Origin: the human T2T-CHM13v2.0 reference genome, Homo sapiens | Assembly (NCBI GenBank): GCA_009914755.4 | Contig: CP086569.2 | Coordinates: forward strand, 5,120,001-5,184,000 | Length of the DNA: 64,000 nucleotides | Direction of reading: 5' to 3' | Shown: positions 13,503-27,500 of the stretch, one piece after another | Numbering within the stretch: position 1 is the stretch's first letter | Layout of the letters: each line of letters starts with the position of its first letter | The notes under the pieces: generated by a model | The model's input: the letters and a program-made list of their open reading frames with translations, nothing else | What the model was told of the DNA's origin: nothing | Databases searched by the model: none | Made by a program: the position numbers and the translations under genes

Positions 13503-15104
13503 TTCCACTCTTGGCCCCCTCAAATCTCATGTCCTTCTCACATTGCAAAATTCAATCATTCCTTCTCTATAGTCCCCCCAAATCTTATCTCATTTCAGCA
13601 TTAATTCCGAAGTCCAAAATCCCAATTCTCATCTAGAGATGTGTTTCTTCTGCCTATGATCCTAGAAAATCAAGCAAGTTATTTACTTCCAAAATACAAT
13701 GGAAAAACCAGCATTGGGTAAACATTCTCATTCCAAAAAAGAGAAATCGGCCAAAGAATGAAGCTACAGACCCCATACCATCAGGAGAGTCATTAAATCT
13801 TAAAAGCTACAAAATAGTCTCCTTTGACTTCATGTCCCACATCCAAGGCACAGTGGTGGGAAGGATGGGCTCCCAAGGCCTTGGGCAGCTCTGTCCCTGT
13901 GGCTTTCTGGTCTTTGGCCCCAACAGTTGGTCTCCTGGGCTGACACTGAATGCCTGCAGCTTTTCCAGGTGCACAGTATGAGCTCTCAGTGGATGACAGT
14001 GACCCTCTTCTCACAGCTCCACTAGGCAATGCCCCAGTAGGGACTCTGTGGGGGCTCCAACCCCGCATTTCTCCTCTGCACTGTTCTACTAGAGTTTCTC
14101 TGTTGAGGGCTCCATCCCTGCAGCAAGCTTCTGCTGGAGCACTCAGGCTTATTCATACATCCTCTGAAATCTAGGCAGAGGATCCCAAGCCTCAAGTCTT
14201 GACTCAGTGCACCCACAGGCTTAACACCACATGGAAGCCACCAAGGCTATGACTTGCATCTTCTGAAGCAGTGGTGTGAGCTGTATCTGAGGCCCTTAGA
14301 GCTGAGACTGGGAACAAAGCAACTGGGATGTGAGGAGTAGTGTCCCAAGGCTATGCAGGGCAGTGAGACCCTGGTCCTGGCACACAAAACCATTCTTTCC
14401 CCATAGGCCTCAGGGCCTGTGATGGGAGAGGCTACCTCAAAGGTCGCTGAAATGCCTCCGAGGCCTTTTCCACATTGTCTTGGAATCAACCCTTGGCTTT
14501 TTAGCTATACAAATCTCTCTGGCAAGTGGTTGCTCCACCACCTGCTTGAATTCCTCTCCCAAAAAAGCTTTTTCTTTTTCTGACACTTGGCTAATTTTTC
14601 AACATTTTATGCTCCGCTTCCCCATTAAGTATAAGTTCCAACTTATTTATTCACTCCCACATCTGAACATATGCTGTTAGGAGCAGGCACAGCACTTCTT
14701 GGACACTTGCTGCTAGAATTTTCTTCTGCCAGTTACTCTATATCATCATTCTCAAGTTCAAACTCCCACAGAACCGTAGGTCATGAATACAGTGCAGCCA
14801 AGTTCTTTGCTAAGACATAACAAAAGTGACATTGACTTCATTTCCCAATAAGGTCCTCATTTCCATCTGCGAACACAGCAGCCTGTACTTCATGGTCCAT
14901 ATCACTATCAGCGTTTTGATCACAACTATTTAACCAGTCTCTAAGAACTTCCAAACTTTCCTCATCTTCCTGTCTTCCTTGGAGCCCTCCCGACTCTTCA
15001 AACCTTCACCTGCTATTCAGTTCCAATGTCACTTCCACATTTTCAGGTAGCTTTATAGAAATACCCACTCCTTGGTACAAAAATACCAAATTTTTGTATT
15101 AGTC

Positions 15105-15509
15105 CATTCTCACATTTGTATAAAGAAATACCAGAGACTGGGTAATTTATCAAGAAAGGAGGTTTAATCGGCTCACACTTCTGCAGGCTACACAGTAACC
15201 ATGAGGTTGGCATCTATTCAGCTTTTGAGGAACCCTCAGGAAATTTACAATCATGGTGGAAGGTGAAGGGGGAGCAGGCACCTTACATGGCCAGGGCAGG
15301 AGCAAGTCAGGGGTGCCACACTTTTAAACAGCCAGATCTCATAAGAAGCCACTCACTATTGCAAGGACAACACCAATAGGATGGTACTAAACCATTCGTG
15401 AGTCGTCCAACTCCATGATCTAATTACCTCTCACCAGGCCCCACCTCCAACATTAGGCATTACAGTTCAACATGAGATTTGGGTGGGGACACATATCCAA
15501 ACTATATCA
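15105..15509 (-). mobile_element. MaLR LTR (5' LTR in element orientation)
   Basis: see parent element; ~85-90% similar to the other LTR by eye. Confidence 0.8.
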
Positions 15510-15514
15510 CAACC

Positions 15515-16580
15515 AAAACCAAAATTGACAAGTGTGATCGAATTAAACTAAAGAGATTCTGCATAACAAAAGATAACTATCAACAGGATAAACAGACAAC
15601 CTATAGAATGGGAGAAAATATTCACAAACACAAATCCAACAAGGGACTAATATCCAGAATCTCTAAGGAACTTAAACAACTCAAGAAGCAAAAAACACAT
15701 AACTCCACTAAAAATAGGCAAAGGACATGAACAGAAAATTCTCAAAAGAAGATATACATGTGGTCAACAAGCATCTGATAAAATACTCAACGTCAGTAGT
15801 CATCAGATAGAAGCAAATCATAACCACAATAAAATATCATCTCACAAGAGTCAGTATAGCTTTTATTAAAAAGTTAAAAAATAATGGTTGCAGGGCTGCA
15901 GAGGAAAGGGAATGCTTATACACAACTAGGGGGAATGTAAGTTAGTTCAGCCACCGTGGAAAGCAGTTTCAAGGATTATCAAACAAACAAACAAACAACA
16001 AATGAAAAAAAGAAAACTACCATTCAACCTAGCAACCCCATTACTGAGTATAGACCCAAAGGAAAATAAATCATTTTACCAAAAAGACACATGCACTCAT
16101 ATGTTCATTGCACTGCTGTTCACAATGGCAAAGATGTGGAATCAACCTAGATGCCCATAAACAGTGGATTGGTTAAAGAAAATGTGGTACATATATCCCA
16201 TGGAATACTACGAATCCGTAAAAAAGGAACAAAATCATATCCTGTGCAGCAATGTGAATGCATTTGGAGGCCATTTTCCTAAGTGAACAAATACAGAAAC
16301 AGAATCCAAATACTGCATGTTCTCACTTATAAGTGGGAGGTAAACATTTATGGACATAAAGATGAGAATGATAGACACTAAAGTATTCAAAAGGAGGGAG
16401 TGAGGGAGGGGTGCAAGGGTTGAAAGAGTACCTATTGGGTCCTATGCTCACTAGCTGGGTGATGTGTTCATTCATACTCCAAACCTCAGCATCACACAAT
16501 ATACCTTGGTAGGAAACCTGCACATGTACCACCTGAATTTAAAATAAAAATAGAAAAAAATAAACTCAAAAAAGAGAAAA
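15515..16580 (+). mobile_element. L1 ORF2 C-terminus, 3'UTR and A-rich tail (right part of the L1 split by the MaLR)
   Basis: 15479-15730 ORF ...[59 protein letters not shown] matches L1 ORF2 ...[21 protein letters not shown]...TEWEKIFA...[14 protein letters not shown]. It ends with old-L1 3'UTR ...cacctgaatttaaaataaaaatagaaaaaaataaa. Confidence 0.85.
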
Positions 16581-17708
16581 GAATATATGAAGGTAGTTAA
16601 ATTATTCCATTTATCTTTTCTTGTAGATGATGAAATGATTTCTATTTTGTGCTCCCCAATTGCTAATATGAAACATTTTCCAAGAGAAATAGCTGACCAA
16701 ACATGAGAATATTTCTAATCAAATTAAGTGTTTTATATAATCAGAATCATGATGAAGACTGTTTGCTGAAGTTGGCTTGGGACTAAACACCATTATTTGA
16801 AACTCAAATAGCTGTCTCATTTTAAATGTGTAAGGGACAGCATTCAGGCAAAGTCCATTTTCAAAATGGGTTTGCACCAAAGCTGTTTGGAAGGCCAATC
16901 TTTAAGGTCAGATTCATTTTGGAAATTCCATCTGCCTTGTTTAGTGTTAGGTAGAATAGAACTTATAACAAATCAATTGAAGAATATTGGTATAAGCCTA
17001 TATAGTTCTACCATTTTAAAAATCAACCAAAAGCACTTAGAAATTCAGACTTGCTTTCAGAATAGCTTTACGGAGTCGGTTTTCACCTTACCCTGTGATA
17101 TGGTGGATAATATTACAGTAAAGAGTGGGGAAAAAAGGAGGTAATAATTGTTAAACCTGTAGTGGCATTTTAGGTTTTATTTCAGAATTACCCATATTGG
17201 ACATTATCATAAGGGAACACACATAAACTGTTTTATATAAAGCTATATATCTACGTGTATTTCTTTATGTGAAATGACTTTGCCTTTCAAGAAAAAGAGA
17301 ATCACATTAAATACAATTTTTAATTTTACCAAACTAGTTTTGAATTATCTAGTGGAAATTTTCAGTCTGTATTCAAAAAATACATTGTGCCTTTAGCAAT
17401 GACATTTAAAAATTATTTCTAATCAAGAAGCTTATGAAAATGATACTGCTAAATTTAATACCCACCTCAATAGCATTCAATGCTATTTTTGGACGTTCAA
17501 TTATACATTATATGTAAACTGAAGTGGGCCCTCTGTTGAGTCTGGACAATGTCTATATAACTGAGTGTTTACAAACTTAGCTAGATGAGAAAACTTTACT
17601 TTGTGTATTCTAGCCCTAAATTAGATTTTAAATTTCTTGAAAGCTGGTTGTACAAACGTTTTTTTTGTCTTGCCCCTGTCTTCTAAGTTCTTTGGGTCCT
17701 CAAGTTTT

Positions 17709-17960
17709 GGCACATTATTCTATGTATAGTAGGAACTCAGTAGATGAATAATTTGTGATTTACAGACTATGAAGCTAATGAATGATGATGTTTGAAGATC
17801 TTATCCATCTGGACCTTTCCTCATGCTAGGCACATTATTTTGGCCCGTTATTCTAGATATAGTAGGGACTCCATAAATGAATAATTTGTGACTTACAGAC
17901 TATGAGGCTAATGAATGATGATGTTTGAAGATTATATCCACCTGGACCTTTCCTCATGCC
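17709..17960. repeat. tandem duplication, 2 copies of a ~120-130 bp unit (~90% identical)
   Basis: ggcacattattctatgtatagtaggaactcagtagatgaataatttgtgatttacagactatgaagctaatgaatgatgatgtttgaagatcttatccatctggacctttcctcatgc is followed immediately by a near-copy (ggcacattattttggcccgttattctagatatagtagggactccataaatgaataatttgtgacttacagactatgaggctaatgaatgatgatgtttgaagattatatccacctggacctttcctcatgc). Confidence 0.9.
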
Positions 17961-20900
17961 TGTAGAAGCAAATTAAAGTTATTATTTAATTAATAATTAG
18001 GCAGCACAAAGCAAGAAAATGTCATTAACTATTTTATAAGCTAATTAACAATGTGGCTGTTAACATTATTTTATCAAGGTCAGGTAGTAAGTCAAGACAG
18101 ATAGAGAAGCATAATCTGTATCTTCTGTCTCAGTCTGAGTTCTCCCTTGTAATAGGCTGCTTTTCTCCTCCACTTTCTGGAATAGATGAGGGGGATTTTG
18201 TTTAAACAACATTATATGTAGTGCTAACCACTTGTAAAAATAAAATCTTATCCCTTACATTTTCCATAGTTGTACTATAGAATTGCATCGTAGAAATGTT
18301 GTTGATCATAATAACTTTTATAGATTTCATAAATACATCAACAAGGCAGAGAAAATTAATGATGCTTGATAAAGAAATAAGATAAATTCATTTCTCAAGA
18401 ACATTTTGATTGTAAGCTACTCCTGTATTGTCTTTTAACATTAATGTCTATGCAATAAACTCAGTGGTGAATAAGAAATAAAGAAAAGGGCCAATGACAG
18501 AATTAATAGCACCAAGTAATAATTAATAATGTTGAATGGAAAGAAAATAAAATAATGAGGATAAATCTGATAAGAGTATTCAGGAATGTAACAGAGCACT
18601 GTCTACTATCGCTTCTAAAAGCAGGAATAGGGCTATTTCCTGCTATACAGTGTTGCTAGCTAATATGATGAATAGGTGGAAATGCTTGCCCTTCATCTTT
18701 CCTTTTTAAAAATATTCTTTCTCTGTTTCTTTTCCTTTTTTACCTAAATTTTTCAGATATTTCCAAATGTTTACTAGTTCTTTTCTACTTGTCTTGATTT
18801 TTGAGCTCTTTGAAGGAAAGAGAACTTATAAATCTTATTAATCAAACAAAAGAGAATATGAAGATACAATCATATAGCCTTAGTGAAAACAGAGCTGAAG
18901 AGTATACGAAGAACATTCCTTTTCAATTTGGTACGTGTTTTTTTACTGTTGTGTCTAGGTTACTTGCTTCTCAGAAACATGAAATAATTCAGCTATAGAC
19001 AGGGTACATAAACATATCATCTAACTCCCATTGGGTTAGATACAGGGAAGCTACTTTTATATAGAAGTAAATAATAATTAGCTTGAAAATAATACATTTG
19101 GAGGGATTACAAAGAACAACCACAGAGAAAATGACTTAGAATATGAAGCTTTATACTCTTTTTCCCACTGGCCCCAACTCTACACTAGAAATATTCTCAA
19201 CACAATCAGAATATTAGTAAATGTCTTAAACATTAAAAAATGAGTTTTAAAAAATTGTTTAAACAGATTTTATTAAATCCAGAATAATGTTAATTTTTAA
19301 TTTGTATTTGTTTTAATAACTGCAATAAGGTCAGAAGAAATCTCAAAACAATTGTTTTATAAAATAAGTTCATTGTCTTGATAGTTATTTTTTTTCCTCC
19401 CCGCATTATAGGAATTCATGAAGTTACGTCTGTCATCTTCATTTGTTATTTGAAGTTACTCTGCAAGTTACCTTAATAAACTCATTCATTATTTTTCAGA
19501 ATATGAAAACACAGGAGACATGGTATTGAAAGCTAATTAGACACCCCTGAGCACATATCAGAAACGTATCAAAGTTAGTACCTGTATTTTTTTTCTGATA
19601 AAAGTACTAACTTCTAATGTGTGAGTAGCTAACATAGCAAAAGAATCCTAATATATGAAACCTAAGGAGAAAATACATAGAAATCCAATTTTAAAGTAAA
19701 ATGTTGTTGTTTTGAATTTCCAATGATAGGTTTTAGATCTTCTTTTTCTTTACTTAAGTGAAGCAGCAAATATAGATGGGATGCTTGCATGTACATTAAC
19801 GACTGCCAATGCTATATTGGCAATGAATTCATCAACTCATATGACAGATTCAAGATTAAGTTCTTATGCCTTCCTTGACATTTTGAAGTAGACCATTTTT
19901 GTTGTGGAAGAAAGAGGAAAAGGAAAGGTCATAGAATTTTTATCAGTCAGTCTTATTGTCTTTTAAAATAGCAATGTCTGTTTAATGTCAGTGAACAATT
20001 CAGATGGGGATTTGTGGGTAATTTGTTGATGGAGAGCATTTTTGCTACATTTTACATCTCAAGGTGTATAATCCCTTAAACTTGGCAATAATAGAATACT
20101 CTATAACTTACTAGATGGATCCTCTGTGCAAGATGAGTTATTTCTGCTTCCAGTCATCCTCTTCCCATAATATAAATAAAACCTGCACAAGTCCAAAACC
20201 TTGAACTTTATCTTACCATCTTCTCAGAAAATAATACTTTGTATTAAAATTTTACAAGTGACACGTGGAATTATACTTTTAAGTGAAAACATATGTAGTA
20301 GACTACAATCAACATTTAATAATAAATGCCCGTGCATCTAGACTTTTTACCAAAATTAAGTATTGCAAAGAAATTTATTAGATTCTTTTACTTGACGTTC
20401 AATAATTCATTCTAGTCAAACGGGCCTATCCTAGTCCATCCTCATGGTGGCAGCCATAGATATTTAGTTATTATGTGAATAAATAATGCTTTAATTCACT
20501 GCTGTGTCATGGTCTCCAATATGTATTTTCTACGGTATTGAAACCTCAAAGAAGATGTCTTGTAGCATATTTTTCCCTAGAAAATGTATTACATGGTATC
20601 CACTAAGATCTAGTTATTTTCAGTTGGTTTCCTACTAATTTTCTGTTAATTGGTGGTAAAAAAAACTAAGGTTTATTAAATCACTTGTGAGTCATTCACT
20701 TGAATTATATACGTATATTATGTGACTTTTGTGCTAAAATAATCTTTTCTATGTTTTTAGATATGCTTAAAATTCTTTTATAACCTTAAGTATGTATTGA
20801 GTTGCAGCTACACTTTGATTTATAAAATATATTTTAAAATTATTTGCATATGTAGACATATTTGTGTATGTGTACAAGCTCAGACATAAACCATGTTACT

Positions 20901-22198
20901 ACTAGTTATAAATGTCAAATTAATCAATAATCATATAACTTATTCATTGACAAGTAACTCAATAAGTAATTTAAGAAATTATAGAATACTAGATGTCATT
21001 ATATATTCACATAGTTTGACTTAATGAAATGTTTGATGTGAAACATGGCATTAATAGTTCATAAAGAAGACTTTTTTTCTCCTTCAGATGCTCTTATAGT
21101 CTTCTAATTCAACAAAAATTTTGACAGAAGACAAAGAAGACAATAGTCTGGAGAAAATGAAGATTACTTGAAATCCTAATTCAAAATCTAAGAGGCTTCT
21201 GGGTAGAAATGAATTCTCTAAGTATGCCTGAGTGTTAAGGAAAGCAGCTGACCTTCAGAGACACTCTAAACCATTTATACGCAGGTTCATGTCATCAGCA
21301 TAGTTCATCACAACCTATTTCCATTCTTGCAGATGAGGGTCTTGGATTCCTAGGTGTCATGGCATCAAGTCTATATCCTCCATTATAACCTCATAGATAG
21401 TTTCTTCTGTTATAACTACATTGGAGCAAAGTATATTTAAAAACCCCTTTATTGTTCTTCCTTATTATCTATATTGTAGTATATACATAGTAGATTCCAC
21501 AGAAATAGCTGGGTCTTCAATTGACTTGCAAATCAATTTTTCTTATTTTCTCCAAGTAGCATAATTTTGCAATTTAATGCTATCTTTGAAGACAAATATC
21601 ATTTTTGTTTATGGACCATAGAGATTACATGAAAGAAAAGGACATTATACATCAGAGCCAGAGAGAAATTCAAAAAGAAAACAAGGGCTGATTTCAGTCA
21701 GTGTCCTGTTTTTACAGACACTGGAGCCACAAGCTTTCTAATTAGGGTGATTTATTATAGAACCCACTCCATTCCACCAAACTCTGGCATTTTTCTGTTC
21801 CTTTACACAACACTGTCACCTGGATTCCTAAAGCTGAAGCAAAACGGTTCCTGAAGTAATTGAATCAGCTTTGTTATTTTCAGCTCTGAGGACATCTGTT
21901 GGTGAAGTTCTGGACTACTAGCAACCAATGATCCAGCCCCGGGCTGGGTCAGAAAATCAAAATGAAACAAAAACAAAATATACAAATAAGTATTATATCT
22001 TGTAAGCCAAAGGCTGTGTTAAAGTAGTAAATGCCAGAGTAGGATTCTCATCCTGGTCTATCTGACTCCCCAAGCCCAGGATCTCAACCAATATGCTGTA
22101 CAGCTTTCTCTTTTGTAACCATCCAAAATCCAAGTTCAGGGATTGAGACCATTCATCTATGAGATGTTTTAATTCAGAGAAATCAAACATCAAAATTA

Positions 22199-22510
<312 letters not shown>

Positions 22511-23299
22511 ACTTATCAAAATTATAAGGAACAAATAAGGTATGGGACACTGATCATAGTCAGCACTACTGGCTTCCTGACAGCAGTCAAATTTTTCTGC
22601 ACTTACTTTCTAAATGTGGAATGTTCTTTCTACAAGTATCTATGAGCATCTGACATGTATGGGTATTAGTGCATAATTGTAGCTCTGTGCACGTGACTAT
22701 AGCTGGTAGAGCTCATAGAAACTCAAACCTTGTAACTTTTTTTCTAGATCTCGTTGAAATGGACATTACTAATACATATTATATTTAAGCATGTATTTAT
22801 ATGCTTTAAGCCACTGTGTGCTTATTAAATATCCATTATATAATGTATCTAATTATGATAAGAAATAGTGAAAATTTATTGTTTGGATATTTACATTTTT
22901 AAAATTGCAAAAAATTAATTCTTGTTTATTTTATAGGTAACTGAAAATAATGTTTAGCTTTTTATGAAATAATAGCCATTTTAAACAACAGAATAAAATT
23001 TATTTTAATTGGACATGTAGAAAGTATACATTCTCACTTGCAGTTCATTTATTTACCTAACATGTATTTATATAAGAATGATTTCTGTGATTCTAACCTT
23101 GACCTCTTCAGTCATTTCTCAATCAAGCTGCCACAACCATCCTTTAAAACTCAGATCACATCACTCTTCTGCTCATGACCCACCAATTGCTTCCCATTTC
23201 TCTCAAAGAAAGTTAAAATACTTTACCATGTTCTACAAGTCCCGCTACCATTTGTCCCCTCCCCTTTCCGTTCTTCTCTGACCTCCTTTCCTCTTATAT

Positions 23300-23687
23300 A
23301 TGGTCCTTATCTTATGATGAATCAATTTATGATTTTTTGACTTTATGATGGTGCAAAAGTAATACACATTCAGCATAAATTGTACTTTGAGTATGCATAC
23401 AGTCATTCAGTTTTCCACTTTCACTTCAGTATTCAGGAACTTACATGAGATATTCAACACTTTACTATAAAATAGGCTTTGTATTGGCTAATTTTGTCCA
23501 ATGTAGGCTAATGTAAGTGTTCTGAGGACGGTAAGGTAGGCTAGGCTAAGCCATGATGTTTGGCAGCTTAGGTGTATTAAATGCATTTTTGACTTAAGAT
23601 AGTTTCAATTTAGATGCTCCTTGACTTAACAATGGGTTTATCAGGACATAACCCCTTCGTAAGTCTAGAAGCATCTGTACTCTTTCC
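23300..23687. mobile_element. non-autonomous DNA-transposon-like interspersed repeat (family not assigned by me)
   Basis: Contains motifs I recognise from a common human repeat consensus (...tttgactttatgatggtgcaaaagtaatacacattcag...ggcagcttaggtgtattaaatgcatttttgacttaagata...caatgggtttatcaggacataacccc.tcgtaagtc.agaagcatctgta). It abuts the truncated L1 at 23688. Confidence 0.35.
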
Positions 23688-24560
23688 TGGTCTCCCTTGG
23701 CTCTAGCAATACTGGCCTGCTTGCTATGCCTTCAACATATACACTGAAGTTGTGATTGCTTTTTATTTATGCTATCTATTTCACTGAAGATTTCTCCCCT
23801 GGTATCTTGTTTCATTTTTTTGATTTCCTTAAATTGGACCTCACCTCTTTCTGGTGCCTCCATGATTAGCTTAATAATTGACCTTCTGAATTCTTTTTCA
23901 GGTAAATCAAAGATTTCTTCTTGGTTTGGATCTATTGCTGGTGAGCTAGTGTAATTCTTGGGGCATGTTAAGGAACCTTGTTTCTTCATATGACTAGAAT
24001 TGCTTTTCTGGTTCTTTCTCATTTGGTAGGCTATGTCAGAGGGAAGATCTGGGGCTCAAAGTTGCTGTTCAGATTCTTTTGCCTCCTGGGGTTTTCCCTT
24101 GATGTAGTAGTCTCCCCTTTTCCTAGGGATGTGGCTTCCTGTGAGCCAAACTGTAGTGATATTATTTCTCTTCTGGATCTAGCCACCCAGCAGGACTAGG
24201 TTGTCTTCACAGACAGAGTCCTGTGATGTGTACCATCTTCAGGTCTCTCAGCTGTGAATACCAGCACAGTGTTTTGGTTGTCTCCCAGGTCCTGTAGGAG
24301 CAATCCACTTTCTTCAGGGTGTCTATGGATTCTCTTGGCTTTCCTAGTATATTCCTGAAGTAGTTCTTGGAACAAAAGTCCATGATTCAAGTCTCCACAC
24401 GCTGCTCTGTCTGTCTGACTGGGAGCTGCAATTTAGTTCTGCCTTCTATCTACCATTTTTCTCAGTATCCACCCAGAACAGCTTATCAAGATGGGCATAA
24501 AAATTGCAGACCTGTGACCATGTATTATCTTGTCTTGTTATGCTCTCGTACTTCAAAACA
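23688..24560 (-). mobile_element. old L1 (L1PB/L1MA-like) 5' fragment: part of 5'UTR plus N-terminal ~110 codons of ORF1
   Basis: Minus-strand ORF 23732-24022 MRKNQKSNSSHMKKQGSLTCPKNYTSSPAIDPNQEEIFDLPEKEFRRSIIKLIMEAPERGEVQFKEIKKMKQDTRGEIFSEIDSINKKQSQLQ matches older-L1 ORF1 N-terminus (MAKRNQKKNSGNMTKQGSLTPPKDHTSSPAMDPNQEEISELPEKEFRRLIIKLLKEAPEKGE...). Upstream (higher coordinates) sequence looks like L1 5'UTR. The element stops abruptly at ~23688. Confidence 0.7.
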
Positions 24561-27500
24561 CATTTGTTTCACCCATGTAACTCATTATTCTCATTTGTCA
24601 TGAAATATTTGTGCACTGATAGACAATGAAAATTGGCATCTTCCTCTAGGATTTTCATTTCACTGATGGCAGGTTTTGAACTCCATAGATGATTTTCAAT
24701 TCAAAGTGGAAGAAAGAACTTGTGAGTTAATTTCAAACTTCTGAGTAACTTCTGTTCAGTATGATGTTTACTTTACTGCAGTTGCAGGTCAACTGTTCTT
24801 CAGTCCTAAAATACAATAATCCCTAATCAGATATATCTGTTTCAAGAACTAAAATTACTTCTAATTTACAAGACTCGCTTCTTATAAACTATTCCATCAA
24901 CTTAATTCTACTCCTACAAAGCTCTTTTGTGTAGGTTCACAAATAAATCATTTTACGCCTCTTTGCTTTCAGAATAATTCATTCAGGAATGACTCAGAGT
25001 AGGTTCGACTAATGCATGACATCTTTTAATTTCATGTAAACTAACAATATTCAATTTCATTTGGAAATATTTTATATCACCTGAACCTATGGGGTACATA
25101 TAGTAAGTTTTCTTTCCATTTCTTTAGCTATCTTTAACATTCACATCGAATAATTTTCTAAGATCTGTAACTATGAAATTCTATTTTATCTTACTGCTAT
25201 CAATTTTATTTATAGTGTAAAAATAATTATATTATCTTTACATTTGAATGCACTACACTGGCCTTGAGTCAAATTTTTTAACACGGTATTAAACATTGCA
25301 TGTTTAGTTACTGCAAGCATCATATTAGTCACTGTTAAATGAGGTAAAATCTATTTTTCCTTAGCTCACTTCATAATTCTCTACTGTATATGATTCATCC
25401 CTTCATCTGGAATCTGCTGTAGTTGAGCTTCCATTGTGTTGGGTATGGAAGAGGTTTGTTCACACTGACTTACTGATACAGCAGCTATCGAATAATGGAA
25501 AAGATGTTATGATTTCTTAAGATCATCAGTCCACTCCTAGACATTGCCTGTAAAGAATCATATAGATTTTAAAGAAGACATGTGAAGTGTTTAAATGGAA
25601 ACCTCTGTAGTTTTCAAACAATGGGAAATTGGAAATATTAACTCAATCTGACTACATGACCTTACCATCATTTGGAGAATAAGCTATTTCCAGTTGCCCT
25701 ACAACTGAAACGATAATTTTCTTCATCATTATCATGACTTTCTCCTTTATACAATAAAAAGTTTTAATATTGAAGATGCAGTATCTTATATTTGTACTCC
25801 ATCTACTGATCTTGGATTCTAAATGGATTGGAGCTTTTGCCTTGAGTAAATGTATTCCTACAAAAACCATAGAATTTTAGAGAGAAAAATGATATTAGAA
25901 AGACATTATATACCCAACCCTCTCGTTTGATTGATGAGAAAACTGATGCCAACTTAGTTATGAATTACCTGGATTTACATGAACAAGAAGTGGAACTGGA
26001 GCTCAGGTCTCTTGATTCATTTTCTAGAGCTTTTCCTACTCCACAAACTCCTTTTATTATGAATTCTGTATTCCAAATATTACTATAAATGAAGAATTCA
26101 ATGTAGGATTTTTTTTTTCATCACTAAGGCAAGTGTTAGTTAACAAATACAGTCAAGGAGAAAATGAAATATTTGAAATTAGCTGAAGTTATACTAAAGG
26201 CACAAAGAAAAATTCTCAGACATTATTAGGTACTCAGTAAAAGAGAGAAATTCAGCATCATAGAGCTGTAAACGCCTTGATAAATGTGAGGTCAATCAAT
26301 AAAATAATGACAGTGAACTCGTGTGGCTCATAGCATAGCACAGAAGATAAATCTGAAAGAGAAACAGCAAAATGTTGTGAACAATAGCAGCATCGTTGAA
26401 ATAAATAGTCCCCATTTATACTAGTCTGTAGTTAGAGTTCTAATGAATTAATAATTTTTATTGATTTCAGTTTCTAAAAGAAATTTCTATTCTTGTCATC
26501 TTTATCTGCCTTGGAATCTGATAAAATCTAAGTTGACTACTTCTCATTAAAAGAAATTGTTGAAGCAGAATCTCTGTTATTAAAAGTAATGCAAAACCAA
26601 AACAAAACTCTTTTATACATCTGAAGGTTACAAATAAAACATACATTTATCAGTTTTATTACAAAGATATATTATTAAAGCATGAATGGTTTTAACATGA
26701 ATTGTTTCTTCATTTATTCACGGTAGTTTATACTGCCATTGTAAATTTTAGAGTTTCCCTGCATTTTTTTTGCAAATATCATAGGAGCTATTATAGATAT
26801 TTCATGTTCTATATCTGACTTACAGTTACCCAGTTTTGATCATGACCAAGCAATAGGATCCTAAGGGTCCATTTGAAAGGATTTGGAGGAAATATAGCTT
26901 CATGTTGCAATATAGTTTTGCACATTTGTGACTGATCACTGCAATCAGAGAACCGTGCTATCTCATGTTAAGACTGTATAAATATATACTGTTTCACATA
27001 TTTTCATATAATCATTGCAAATTCTAAAAAAAAAAACACTTTAAATGATGTTTTAAATACTCCTGAGAGTTGTTACTTGTACAGCCTCGTACTTCAGCTG
27101 AACAAGTCATGTATATATAGAATGAATAGATCACCAGAAGCTCCTTCTGTGTCAATGCTCCTGGTAAATGTTTCTACTTGTATTCCCCAGAGGGAATCCT
27201 AGGAGATAATTTGGAGAGCAAAGCAAAAGTTATAACATTTGTTTTTCTCTATTTCTTTGATGCACTAAGAATTCATTTACTTTCTCCACAGACTGGTCTT
27301 CCTTTGCCAGCAAAGAAACTGCAAGTTATATTACTTTATAAAAAGGAAACATTAACCACATTAAAATGTTTCATGTCTCTAAAAATTGTGGTATGTAATT
27401 ACCTAAAACTGAGTTCTTTGAAGAAGGAAAGAAATAATACCAAATTTAGCTCTAATATGCCTGGCTATATGTCATATAAATTCTATTAAGTTAACTATAT

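Larger units (their letters stand above)
13088..15509 (-). mobile_element. complete ERVL-MaLR element (THE1/MST-type): LTR - internal region - LTR, minus orientation, with 5-bp target-site duplication CAACC
   Basis: Two ~410-bp LTRs (13088-13502 and 15105-15509) both start tgtattag(c/t)ccattctc(g/a)cat...aaataccaaaggctgggtaatt. Both end ...acaagatttgggtg(c/g)(a/g)gacac...atccaaactatatca, the reverse complement of the THE1/MST LTR start TGATATGGTTTGG...CCACCCAAATCTCAT. The ~1.6-kb interior has MaLR-internal hallmarks. Identical CAACC at 13083-13087 and 15510-15514. The flanks are two halves of one L1. Confidence 0.85.

Noticed and set aside
23078-23281. 67-aa + strand ORF and neighbouring sequence as a possible continuation of L1 ORF1
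   Set aside because: The minus-strand translation there shows no ORF1 similarity. The L1 stops at ~23688, where a different repeat begins.
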